A program made the translations under genes and the position numbers. Of a stretch of 64,000 bases of DNA, positions 18,447 through 26,805 are shown piece after piece (the stretch's first letter is position 1; every line of letters begins with the position of its first letter). The notes beneath the pieces are model-generated. The model worked only from the letters and a program-made list of their open reading frames with translations, searched no databases and had not been told where the DNA came from. The DNA is from Alphaproteobacteria bacterium (GTDB lineage Bacteria > Pseudomonadota > Alphaproteobacteria > CACIAM-22H2). The stretch lies in the NCBI GenBank assembly GCA_036394195.1, contig DASWFO010000199.1, positions 6,934 to 70,933 of the forward strand. The letters are read 5' to 3'.

Positions 18447-19300
18447 CCCTTTTGCGCGACCGCCCCCCGCATGAGTTGGACGATGCTCTGGCATCCGTGC
18501 TCGAGACCCTGGGCGAGATCGCCGTCGCGGTCAGCGGCGGCGTCGACAGCATGACGTTGGCGGAGGTCGCGCATCTCCGCCTGGGCGTCAGGGCTGCCAT
18601 GGTCCACGCCGTGTCACCCGCGGTCCCGCCGGAGGCCACGGCGCGGGTCCGCGACCGCGCCGCGGGGCAGCGGTGGGATTTGACAGTGCTCGATGCCGGC
18701 GAATTTACCGATCCGCGCTATCGGGCCAACCCGGTAAACCGGTGCTTCTTCTGCAAGACGAATCTCTACGGGGCCATCCGTGGCCGGACGCCGCGGCAGA
18801 TCGTGTCCGGCACCAATGTCGACGATCTCGGCGACTATCGCCCGGGCCTCGACGCGGCGCGAGACCATGGCGTGCGCCATCCGTATGTCGAGGCGAGTCT
18901 GACCAAATCGGACGTGCGCCGGCTCGCCGCGCATCTCGGCCTTGGCGACATCGCCGAACTGCCGGCGGCACCGTGCCTGTCCAGCCGCGTCGAGACCGGC
19001 CTGCCGATTCAGCCGGCGACCTTGGGCGTGATCCATGCCGCCGAAAGGCTGGTCGCGGCCGCGCTGTCGCCCCGCACCGTGCGCTGCCGGGTTCGCGCCG
19101 TCGGCATCGTCATCGAGCTCGACCCTGCGGCACTGTCCGGCTTGCGCCCTGAGATCGAGCGCGATCTGCGCCGGTCCCTCGATGGCCTGCTGGCCGAGGC
19201 CGGCGTCTCTGCGCCGGTTGCATTTGCGCTCTACCGCACCGGGAGTGCCTTCCTCCACGCCGCTCCGCGCGGCCGAAGCGACATCACCTCGACCGCTTGA
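18443..19300 (+). CDS. larE: ATP-dependent sacrificial sulfur transferase LarE (PP-loop ATP pyrophosphatase)
   Basis: It has the PP-loop VAVSGGVDSMTLA and the conserved PCLSSR cysteine motif. The start overlaps the larC stop (ATGA). Confidence 0.8.
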   Translation: MTLLRDRPPHELDDALASVLETLGEIAVAVSGGVDSMTLAEVAHLRLGVRAAMVHAVSPAVPPEATARVRDRAAGQRWDLTVLDAGEFTDPRYRANPVNRCFFCKTNLYGAIRGRTPRQIVSGTNVDDLGDYRPGLDAARDHGVRHPYVEASLTKSDVRRLAAHLGLGDIAELPAAPCLSSRVETGLPIQPATLGVIHAAERLVAAALSPRTVRCRVRAVGIVIELDPAALSGLRPEIERDLRRSLDGLLAEAGVSAPVAFALYRTGSAFLHAAPRGRSDITSTA

Positions 19301-19311
19301 GCAAAGCCGCC

Positions 19312-20085
19312 ATGCACGACGTCGTCAACAACGCTCTGACCGGCGCCCCTCCCGAGCCAGAAGTGAGACTCGACTTCGCCCGACGACGCCGCATCGGCAT
19401 GGACGAGGCGATCTATTGCGCATCGAAATCGCCGGCGCAGCTCGCCGCCATTCTCGACGCCGCCGAGGCGCGGGGTGTCGGTCTTCTGCTCACGCGGCTT
19501 GAGCCGTCGATGGTCGCCGGCCTGCCGGACGCTCGCCGGCAACGTCTCGATTACGACCCGGTCTCGCGCACCGGCGTCTTTGGTCCGGCTGGGGTTCCGC
19601 AGGGCGCGCCGCGGGTCGCGATTGTCACCGCCGGAAGCTCGGACGTACCGGTGGCACGCGAGGTGGCGCGCACGCTCCGCTATCATGGTCACGACAGCCG
19701 CTTGTTCGCGGATGTCGGCGTCGCCGGACTGTGGCGGCTGATGGCCTGCATCGAAGCGATCGCGGCGCACAAGGTGGTCATCGTTGCCGCCGGGCTCGAC
19801 GGGGCTCTGCCGAGCGTCGTCGCCGGCCAGGTGCCCGGGGCAGTGATCGCCGTGCCGACCTCGGTTGGCTACGGCGTGGCCGCGGGCGGGCAGGCGGCGC
19901 TCAACGCCGTGCTCGCCAGCTGTGCGCCCGGCCTGACGGTCGTCAACATCGACAACGGCTACGGCGCCGCCTGCGCCGCGTTACGCGTGCTGCGGGCGCT
20001 GGACGCGGTGGCGAGCCCCGCATCCGCGCCGGCGCGATCCGGCCTTGCCGATCTGCCACCTCCGACTTCAGGAGACATCCCATGA
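19312..20085 (+). CDS. larB: Pyridinium-3,5-biscarboxylic acid mononucleotide synthase LarB (PurE-like)
   Basis: The PurE-like core ...RVAIVTAGSSDVPVAREV...VVIVAAGLDGALPSVVAGQVPGAVIAVPTSVGYGVAAGG is present. An alternative TTG start at 19297 overlaps the larE stop. Confidence 0.8.
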   Translation: MHDVVNNALTGAPPEPEVRLDFARRRRIGMDEAIYCASKSPAQLAAILDAAEARGVGLLLTRLEPSMVAGLPDARRQRLDYDPVSRTGVFGPAGVPQGAPRVAIVTAGSSDVPVAREVARTLRYHGHDSRLFADVGVAGLWRLMACIEAIAAHKVVIVAAGLDGALPSVVAGQVPGAVIAVPTSVGYGVAAGGQAALNAVLASCAPGLTVVNIDNGYGAACAALRVLRALDAVASPASAPARSGLADLPPPTSGDIP

Positions 20086-21107
20086 AACGTCGCGACCTCA
20101 TCATGGCTTCCGCCGCGACCGCAGCCGCCACCACGCTGGGGAACGCCGCTTCCGCGCAGCCGTCGGCGCCGGGCGCCCCGACCGGCGCGCCGGGAACCGG
20201 CGCCCAGGGCGGCATGCAATATCGCGCCCTCGGCCGCACCGGCGAGCGCGTCTCTATGGTCGGGGTCGGCGGGTTCCATCTTGGCGCGCCGAGCGAGGAC
20301 GAGGCGATCCGGATCGTCCGCACCGCCCTCGACAATGGAATCAACTTTCTGGACAACTCGTGGGACTACAACAACGGCGTCAGCGAAGAGCGCATGGGGA
20401 AGGCGCTGGCCGACGGCTACCGGTCCAAGGCCTTCCTGATGACGAAGATCGACGGTCGGACCGCCCAATCCGCCACCCAGCAGCTCGATGAGTCGCTGCG
20501 GCGTCTGCGCACCGACCATCTCGACCTCCTGCAATTCCATGAGATCATCCGCATGGAGGACCCCGACCGCATCTTCGCCCAGGGCGGCGCGCTCGAGGCG
20601 GTCTTGCGGGCCAAGGAGGCCGGCAAGCTGCGATATATCGGCTTCACCGGTCATAAGAGCCCGGACATCCACAAGAAGATGCTAGACGTCGCCGCCCGGC
20701 ACAAATTCCACTTCGACACGGTGCAGATGCCGCTCAACGTCATGGACGCGCATTTCCACAGCTTCGAGCGCGCGGTGCTGCCCATCCTGGTACGCGAGGA
20801 GATCGGCGTGCTGGGCATGAAGTCCATGGGCGACAAGACGATCCTGCGCAGCAACACGGTGACGCCGATTGAATGCCTGCGCTACACCATGAGCCTGCCG
20901 ACCAGCGTCACCATTACCGGCATGGACAGCGTGGCCATCCTGCAGCAGGCGCTGACCGTCGCCCGCACGTTCAAGCCGCTCTCGGCACAGGAGCGTCAGG
21001 CGCTGCTCGCCAAGACGGTCACGGCCGCCAAGAACGGCCAGTTCGAGCTCTATAAGACGTCGCAAAACAACGACAGCACAACGACGCACCCGCAGTGGTT
21101 GGGTTAG
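20082..21107 (+). CDS. Tat-signal aldo/keto reductase (periplasmic)
   Basis: The ATG at 20082 overlaps the larB stop (ATGA) and is preceded by AGGAGA. The twin-arginine signal is MKRRDLIMASAATAAATTLGNAASA, and the AKR core is GVGGFHLG...NFLDNSWDY...LDLLQFHE.... Confidence 0.85.
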   Translation: MKRRDLIMASAATAAATTLGNAASAQPSAPGAPTGAPGTGAQGGMQYRALGRTGERVSMVGVGGFHLGAPSEDEAIRIVRTALDNGINFLDNSWDYNNGVSEERMGKALADGYRSKAFLMTKIDGRTAQSATQQLDESLRRLRTDHLDLLQFHEIIRMEDPDRIFAQGGALEAVLRAKEAGKLRYIGFTGHKSPDIHKKMLDVAARHKFHFDTVQMPLNVMDAHFHSFERAVLPILVREEIGVLGMKSMGDKTILRSNTVTPIECLRYTMSLPTSVTITGMDSVAILQQALTVARTFKPLSAQERQALLAKTVTAAKNGQFELYKTSQNNDSTTTHPQWLG

Positions 21108-21293
21108 ATTGCTGCGGCCGAGCAGGGCAAGATCACCCCTGCGCATATCAAACCAAGGTTTGGTTTTATTGAACCCAAGTCATGGTCGAAAAGACTCGAG
21201 TTGGATGGATCGCGGCGGCGCGAACGCTTATCTCACGTTTGCAACGCGACGGACCGTTGGTCCGCGCCACACCCAAAACGTGAGGTTCTTACG

Positions 21294-21536
21294 ATGACTG
21301 CTGTTGCTCGCATGCTTCGCTTCGCCGTGCCGGCGCTGGCTCTTTTGGGCGCGGCCGCCTGCAGCGATAATCACGCCGACCAGCCGACCCGGCTCACCTG
21401 GGACCCCGCCAGCACGACCTATGACGGGACGGGCACCAACGGCGAAACCGATGTCGATGGCGCCGGAGCCGGCGGCCCGCGCGATCCGAACCGGTTACTG
21501 CCGCCGCGGCCGTACACGCCACCGGCGCAGCGCTAG
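21294..21536 (+). CDS. Small lipoprotein (80 aa)
   Basis: ATG at 21294; the signal and lipobox are MTAVARMLRFAVPALALLGAAAC, followed by a T/G/D/P-rich mature part. Confidence 0.5.
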   Translation: MTAVARMLRFAVPALALLGAAACSDNHADQPTRLTWDPASTTYDGTGTNGETDVDGAGAGGPRDPNRLLPPRPYTPPAQR

Positions 21537-21599
21537 CACCGGACGCTGGAACCGCGGAACACCGTAGTCGTTCTGCTTTGCGGCTTGGTGGGTCGCCGC

Positions 21600-21720
21600 T
21601 TCGCTAATGTCCTAGGGAAAAGAATTGCAGTATTGCTTTGGCGAAATTGAGCCTCTGCAATTCTTTTCCGCAGCGGCGACAAGCAGTTAACCTCGGAATT
21701 GCAGAATTGCAGCGGTCTCA
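21600..21720. repeat. Intergenic palindromic repeat element, copy A (nested inverted copies of AAAAGAATTGCAG)
   Basis: The sequence is GGGAAAAGAATTGCAGTATTGC...CTCTGCAATTCTTTTCC...GGAATTGCAGAATTGCAGCGG. The same element occurs in reverse orientation at 38815-38935. Confidence 0.7.
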
Positions 21721-21756
21721 GGGGGGCGGGCGGGGGGCGCGATGGCGGAGCCGAGG

Positions 21757-22767
21757 TCAGCCCTGCATCTCGATGCCGGCGATCTTGACCAGGTCGCGCC
21801 ACTGCTCGATCTCTTTCAGAAGATACGCCTGCGCGTCGTCGGGCGTGCTGATCCAGGGGTCGCTGCCGAAATTGTTGAAGAAGGTCTTCGCGTCTTCGGT
21901 CGCGACGATCTCGCTGAACCACCGGTTCAGCTGCAGGACGAGCGCGTGTGGCGCGCCGGCCGGCAGCATGGCACCCCACCACGACACCAGGTCCATCGGC
22001 ACGCCCTGTTCGGTCATGGTCGGCAGGTCGGGCCGCGCCTGCAGGCGCTGGCCCGAGCTCACGGCCAGGATGCGCGCGCGGCCGGCGGCTTCCTCGCGCA
22101 AGGCAAACACCGGATCGACCGGCGCATAGTCGAGCGCGCCGCTGATCAGCTCGGTCAGCATCTCGTTGGCGGTCTTGTAGACCACCTCGACGGGCTGCAG
22201 CCCGGCCGCGTTCCGGTACAAGGCCCCCATCGCCTTCGCCGACGAGTTCGATGTGCCGTAGGTCGCCTTCTCCTTCTTCGCCGCCATCGCCGCCGTCAAT
22301 TCGGCGAGCGTCGTCCATGGCCGGCCGCTGCCGACTGCGATCATGGTCGCTTGGCGGTTGAAGGTGGCGATCACCAGGAACGCCTGGCCGGCGTCCACCG
22401 AGTTGCGGAACAGATGCATGTTGGCGGCCAGCGCCGTGCCGCCGTTGATGTAGATGGTGCGGCCGTCGGGCTTGGCGCGGGCCACGTACTCGGTGGCGAT
22501 ATTGCTGTAAGCGCCGGGCTTGTTCTCGACGATGATCGGCTTGTCGAAATGGCGCTTCATGCGGTCGGCGAAGAACCGCACGATGGAATCGGCGCCACTC
22601 CCGGCGGGATAGCCGCAGATGAAGCGGACCTCCTGTCCGAACGTGCTCTGCGCCCGCGCGGGGACGGCCCCTAGGGCGGCGCCGGTGACAGCGAGGAGAG
22701 CGGCCGCGACCCGAACAAGCGTCGCCCCGGTCCTGATCGGAGATGCGATCAGGACCGGGAGCGGCAC
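21757..22767 (-). CDS. Tripartite tricarboxylate transporter substrate-binding protein (TctC/Bug family), orphan
   Basis: It has a signal peptide ending ...AVPARA-QS and the mature part FICGYPAGSGADSIVRFFADRMKRHFDKPIIVENKPGA... is typical Bug/TctC. The probable GTG start is near 22767; the listed ORF extends to 23052. Confidence 0.75.
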   Translation of the reverse strand: MPLPVLIASPIRTGATLVRVAAALLAVTGAALGAVPARAQSTFGQEVRFICGYPAGSGADSIVRFFADRMKRHFDKPIIVENKPGAYSNIATEYVARAKPDGRTIYINGGTALAANMHLFRNSVDAGQAFLVIATFNRQATMIAVGSGRPWTTLAELTAAMAAKKEKATYGTSNSSAKAMGALYRNAAGLQPVEVVYKTANEMLTELISGALDYAPVDPVFALREEAAGRARILAVSSGQRLQARPDLPTMTEQGVPMDLVSWWGAMLPAGAPHALVLQLNRWFSEIVATEDAKTFFNNFGSDPWISTPDDAQAYLLKEIEQWRDLVKIAGIEMQG

Positions 22768-22780
22768 GGCGTCGTGCGCG

Positions 22781-24955
22781 TCAGTTGGCGAGCGGATCCG
22801 GGCGGACCTGCACCTTGTAAATGCGCGGCGATTCTTTCGTGCCATTCTCGTTGTGGAACATCGTGCGGGTCCCCGACGTCGTCCACAGGCCCTTGCCCTT
22901 CCAGCCGGCGTTGGGATCGTCGATGCGGCCATCCACGTTCTTGGTGAAGAAGCCGAGCGGGTAGGGCACCCGCAGGTCGACGAGCTTGCCGTCGACGACC
23001 GCCAGCAGCGATTCGCTGCCGTTCGCCTGGGCGACCGGCACGTCGTTGCCAAGCCCGAGCGTATTGAAGCGGTCGACCCAGATGTAATAGGCGTGGTTGG
23101 CGCTGCCCGGATCGCTGACGCCGTTCATCTTAGGTCCGGGCATCTCGTACAGGGTCCAGCCCTCGGGGCAATGCTTGCCGGTGGCCGCGGCCGGGCCGTT
23201 CAGCGGGCCCTTGCACTTGCTGCGGTCGAAGCTGCCGATATGGCCGCTCGAGAAGACCGTCCACACCACGCCCTTGGTGTCGAGGTCGATCCCGCGCGAC
23301 CCGTACGCGATCTCCGGCGGCAGATAGACTTCGGTCAGGGCGGTCTCGGACGGGTTCGAGCCGGGAACCAGCCGCATGATGTAGCCGGGCTGGTCGACGC
23401 GAGAGAACCCGACATCCATCGCCTGACCCCAGATCGAATCGTCCACTGGGCTCGGCTGAATGCCGTAGAACGCGGCCATGATCCGCTTGTCCTTGTTCGG
23501 ATCGAGCGGGTCGTTCGGACCGACCCAGGCGTCGCGCTTGCCGTTGCCGTTGCTGTCGATGATGACCGGCGTCCAGCCTTGCGAGGCCTTCTCGTCGCCG
23601 GTCGCCTCGAACTTCTTCACGTCCAGCCAGCCGACCACGCCGCTTTGCGGGCCGCCGGCGCTGGTCCACAGGGTGCCCTTCTTGTCGAAGTAGAGGTGAT
23701 GCGTGCTGAAGCAAGTGTCGATCAGAGTCCATTTCTGCGTCTTCGGATCGTACATCGACAGCTGCCGCGGCGATTCGTTGAGCGGCGCCACCTTTGCCGA
23801 CGGATGGTCGGAGCCCGCCTTGCAGAAATCGGGGTTCGCGGGCTGACGGATGCGCGCGGTGAACCACACGCGGCCCTTCTCGTCCATCATCGGGTTGTGG
23901 ATGCTGGTGTGGCCGTCCCAGATCGGGTCGTCGCCCCAGTACACCGACGGCCCGTGCGGCAGGTCGAGCGAGGACGGCGTCTTCGGATCTCTGAACGGAT
24001 GCTTGATCTGGGTGGCCTTATTGCTCACCGGGTCGAACACCGGCACCAGATCCGTGCTCTCCTCGGGCGAGCCGTAGATGGCGCCGTTGGCGTTGACGCG
24101 CGGGTTGCGCTTGTCGCTCGAGACCGCGTCGTGCAGGTAGAATTTCGGCGTCGACCAGTCCCAGATGCTGACCACCATGTTGCGCTCGACGCCTTCCGGC
24201 CGCCGCGGCTTGGCCTTCGGCAGCTCGCCCTTTTGAATGCGGGCGGTCCAGTCGGCGTAGAGCTCGACGCCTTTGTCGCCGAGCCGGCCCATGGTCAAGG
24301 CCATGTTGGACATCGCCTGGCCGGATTGCAGGCGGCGCGTCCACTGGTCGATCGGGTCTTTGAACTCGGAGATGAGTTCCTTCGGCATCTGGCGGACACC
24401 GCGGGTGCCGAGCGCGTGGCAGGACTGGCAGGAGTTCTTCACCGTGTCGATCCAGTAGGCCTGGGTCTTCATCACGTCGGGGATGTGATTGCCCTTGTCG
24501 CCGGTACCGGGGAACTCGGACTTGGCCGGGATCTGGATCATCGAATACCAGTACATGCCCGGATAATATTCGGCGGCGGCGGCCTCGCTGGGGGCGGGCA
24601 CGGCGCGCAGGTTCATCAGCTTGCCGGGCTCGGTGTGCAGCTTCGGGGAATCGATGAGGCCGTAGCCCCGGACCCAGATGTCGTATGCGCCCTTCGGCAG
24701 GTCGGGAATGACGTAACGGCCCTGGTCATCGGTGACCACGACCTTGGCGAATTTCGTCGGCAGGTCGCGGGTCTCGGCGATCACCCACACGCCGGCTTCC
24801 GGCCCGTTCGGCCCGCTGACCACGCCGCCGATGTCGTCGGCGTCGATCTTGACCGCCGGGGCGGCTTGTTGCGCGTGTGCCGGGATCGCCGTCGTGCCGA
24901 GCAGGCCCGCCAGCATCGCCGCGAAATAGACATACGCCCGTGTCGTGGTCTTCAT
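22781..24955 (-). CDS. Large secreted protein with CarboxypepD_reg-like N-terminal domain and a CXXCH heme-c motif
   Basis: ATG at 24955 with a GGAGGAGAT RBS. The signal peptide is MKTTTRAYVYFAAMLAGLLGTTAIPAHA. It carries VVTDDQGRYVIPDLPKGAYDIWVRGYG (CarboxypepD_reg) and a single NSCQSCH motif. It is about 724 aa and W/G/D-rich (possible beta-propeller). Confidence 0.6.
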   Translation of the reverse strand: MKTTTRAYVYFAAMLAGLLGTTAIPAHAQQAAPAVKIDADDIGGVVSGPNGPEAGVWVIAETRDLPTKFAKVVVTDDQGRYVIPDLPKGAYDIWVRGYGLIDSPKLHTEPGKLMNLRAVPAPSEAAAAEYYPGMYWYSMIQIPAKSEFPGTGDKGNHIPDVMKTQAYWIDTVKNSCQSCHALGTRGVRQMPKELISEFKDPIDQWTRRLQSGQAMSNMALTMGRLGDKGVELYADWTARIQKGELPKAKPRRPEGVERNMVVSIWDWSTPKFYLHDAVSSDKRNPRVNANGAIYGSPEESTDLVPVFDPVSNKATQIKHPFRDPKTPSSLDLPHGPSVYWGDDPIWDGHTSIHNPMMDEKGRVWFTARIRQPANPDFCKAGSDHPSAKVAPLNESPRQLSMYDPKTQKWTLIDTCFSTHHLYFDKKGTLWTSAGGPQSGVVGWLDVKKFEATGDEKASQGWTPVIIDSNGNGKRDAWVGPNDPLDPNKDKRIMAAFYGIQPSPVDDSIWGQAMDVGFSRVDQPGYIMRLVPGSNPSETALTEVYLPPEIAYGSRGIDLDTKGVVWTVFSSGHIGSFDRSKCKGPLNGPAAATGKHCPEGWTLYEMPGPKMNGVSDPGSANHAYYIWVDRFNTLGLGNDVPVAQANGSESLLAVVDGKLVDLRVPYPLGFFTKNVDGRIDDPNAGWKGKGLWTTSGTRTMFHNENGTKESPRIYKVQVRPDPLAN

Positions 24956-25106
24956 GGCCGATCTCCTCCCCAACCGCAAATGTCGCCGAACCGACTTCGC
25001 CCCCCGGTCTTTAGACCGAGCCTTGACAACAGAGTGCATCTTCCGGGGCTTAGCCGCAAGACCCCCGCAACCCGGACGTGTCCGGTTCGACGCCGCGCGC
25101 GGCTTT

Positions 25107-26609
25107 TTACTCGGCGAGGGGCGGAAGGTTCAGCGCGCGGTCGACCATGGCGGTCGCGCGCTTGAAGTCGTAATTGCGGAAGACGTTGGACTTCACGATG
25201 AACGACGCGCCGCCGTAGAACTTCTCGTATTGCTGGTGCCGGCTGCCGAATTCGGTGCCGACGAAGTCCCACGCGAGGCGCATCAGCGCGATGCGGTCCC
25301 TGGCGCCGGTCGACGCCGATTGGAAGTAGCGCTCGATGTCCTTGGCCGCCTGCGGATTGGCGAAGTCCTTGGCCGAGGAGGGGAGGGTGATCAGGCCGGC
25401 GCCGGAGAGCTCGCGCACGATGTCGATGACGTGCGGGTTGATCTTCGACTGCAGCGCCATGACCGAGTAGAGCGACGCCTGGCTCGGCCACAACACGCCG
25501 TCGTCGTCGATGGTCGCGGTCGCCTCGTGCGAATAGAGCATGTTCTCGACGATGGAGGCGTAGGCGCACAGCTCGCCCATCTCGACCATCACCTGGGGCA
25601 CGGCGTCGTTGCCGGTCGCTTCGTTGAGGCGCTTGGCGATGCCGGCGAGGAAGCGCAGCTTGGTCGCATAGCGCGCCTGCGCCTGATGGTTGCCGTAGAG
25701 ATGCGCCGGCGTCTTGCGCCATTGGTCGCGCGTCAGCTCCACGTTGCGGTAGATGAACACGCGCTCCCACGGCACGAAGCAGTTGTCGAGGACGACGAAG
25801 CAGTCGGTCTCGTCGAAGCGGCTCGACAGCGGATAGTCGTAGGCGTTCGTGGCACCGAGCGCGAAGGGGCGCCGCGCATAAAGCCTGAGGCCCGGATCGT
25901 CGTTCGGAATCGCGACGTTGAATGCATACGCCTCGTCGCCGGGCTGAAGCGGATGGATGCAGGTCACTTGCACGTAGTCGGAATAGACGGCGCCGGTGGC
26001 CAGCTGCTGGCCGCCGGAGAGTGTGATGCCGGAATCGCTTTCCTTGACCACCCCGGCATAAAGCGTCGGATCCTTCTGCTTGTGCGCCGGCTTGCTGCGG
26101 TCGATCTGCGGCGGGACGATCGCATAGCTCACATAGGCGTGGGTGTCGCGGATGTGCCTGTAGAATTTCAGCAGGTTGTCCGCGAATTGCGGCCCGCCGG
26201 CGGCGAAGAACTGCGGCTTGGCGGCGTAGCCGGCGAAGAAATTCGAGACGTGATCGGGCGTTCGTCCCATCAGGCCGAAGCTCTGTTCGGCCCAGGCCTC
26301 GGCCGCGATCCGCTTGGCGCGCAGATCGGCGTGCGAGCGCGGGATCTGGTAGCAGCGCCACACCGGCCCGCCGGTGTCGGGCGAGGTGAAGGTCATCACC
26401 TCGCGATGCTCAGGCGACGCCGCATGATCGAAGAGGTGCGCCAGGGCGCGCGCGCCCTCGCGGAACGCCGGATGATCGACGGGGTTGGTGACCTTCTCGC
26501 CGTCTACATAGATGGCGCGCGGGGTGCATCGGAGATTGGAGAGGAAATCGTTACCGGTCCTAAGGCGTGTTGGTGCGGTCTTGGGCGTACCCGGGCTAGG
26601 CGGCGTCAT
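25107..26609 (-). CDS. 4-hydroxyphenylacetate 3-monooxygenase oxygenase-component (HpaB) family flavin monooxygenase
   Basis: 500 aa. The N-terminus ...TGNDFLSNLRCTPRAIYVDGEKVTNPVDHPAF and the C-terminal acyl-CoA-dehydrogenase-like fold blocks match the HpaB family. No reductase partner is nearby. Confidence 0.7.
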   Translation of the reverse strand: MTPPSPGTPKTAPTRLRTGNDFLSNLRCTPRAIYVDGEKVTNPVDHPAFREGARALAHLFDHAASPEHREVMTFTSPDTGGPVWRCYQIPRSHADLRAKRIAAEAWAEQSFGLMGRTPDHVSNFFAGYAAKPQFFAAGGPQFADNLLKFYRHIRDTHAYVSYAIVPPQIDRSKPAHKQKDPTLYAGVVKESDSGITLSGGQQLATGAVYSDYVQVTCIHPLQPGDEAYAFNVAIPNDDPGLRLYARRPFALGATNAYDYPLSSRFDETDCFVVLDNCFVPWERVFIYRNVELTRDQWRKTPAHLYGNHQAQARYATKLRFLAGIAKRLNEATGNDAVPQVMVEMGELCAYASIVENMLYSHEATATIDDDGVLWPSQASLYSVMALQSKINPHVIDIVRELSGAGLITLPSSAKDFANPQAAKDIERYFQSASTGARDRIALMRLAWDFVGTEFGSRHQQYEKFYGGASFIVKSNVFRNYDFKRATAMVDRALNLPPLAE

Positions 26610-26805
26610 GGGCGCTAAACTGCATCTTCTGCGCCGCACCTGCAAGCCGCGGCCGCGAGCCCGGGAGGGCGATTGGCTTGCATATTGCATTTCACCCGGT
26701 TTTGGGAGTTCCTGGGCGCTTGGCTGCCGTTGCGACCATGTTCACGGCTATGATTTTCCAAACCTTTCCCGCCGGACCGCCGGCATCGCGTCCTTTGGCC
26801 CACCC

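Noticed and set aside
21742-25165. Long plus-strand ORFs (21742-22674, 22619-25165) antisense to the TctC and large secreted-protein genes
   Set aside because: They are R/A/G-rich low-complexity translations that overlap well-supported minus-strand genes with signal peptides and domain motifs.
24945-26618. 557-aa plus-strand ORF antisense to the HpaB-family gene, and the 469-aa minus ORF 24952-26361 in another frame
   Set aside because: They have no motifs. The HpaB-family frame (25107-26609 -) has a clear family signature.
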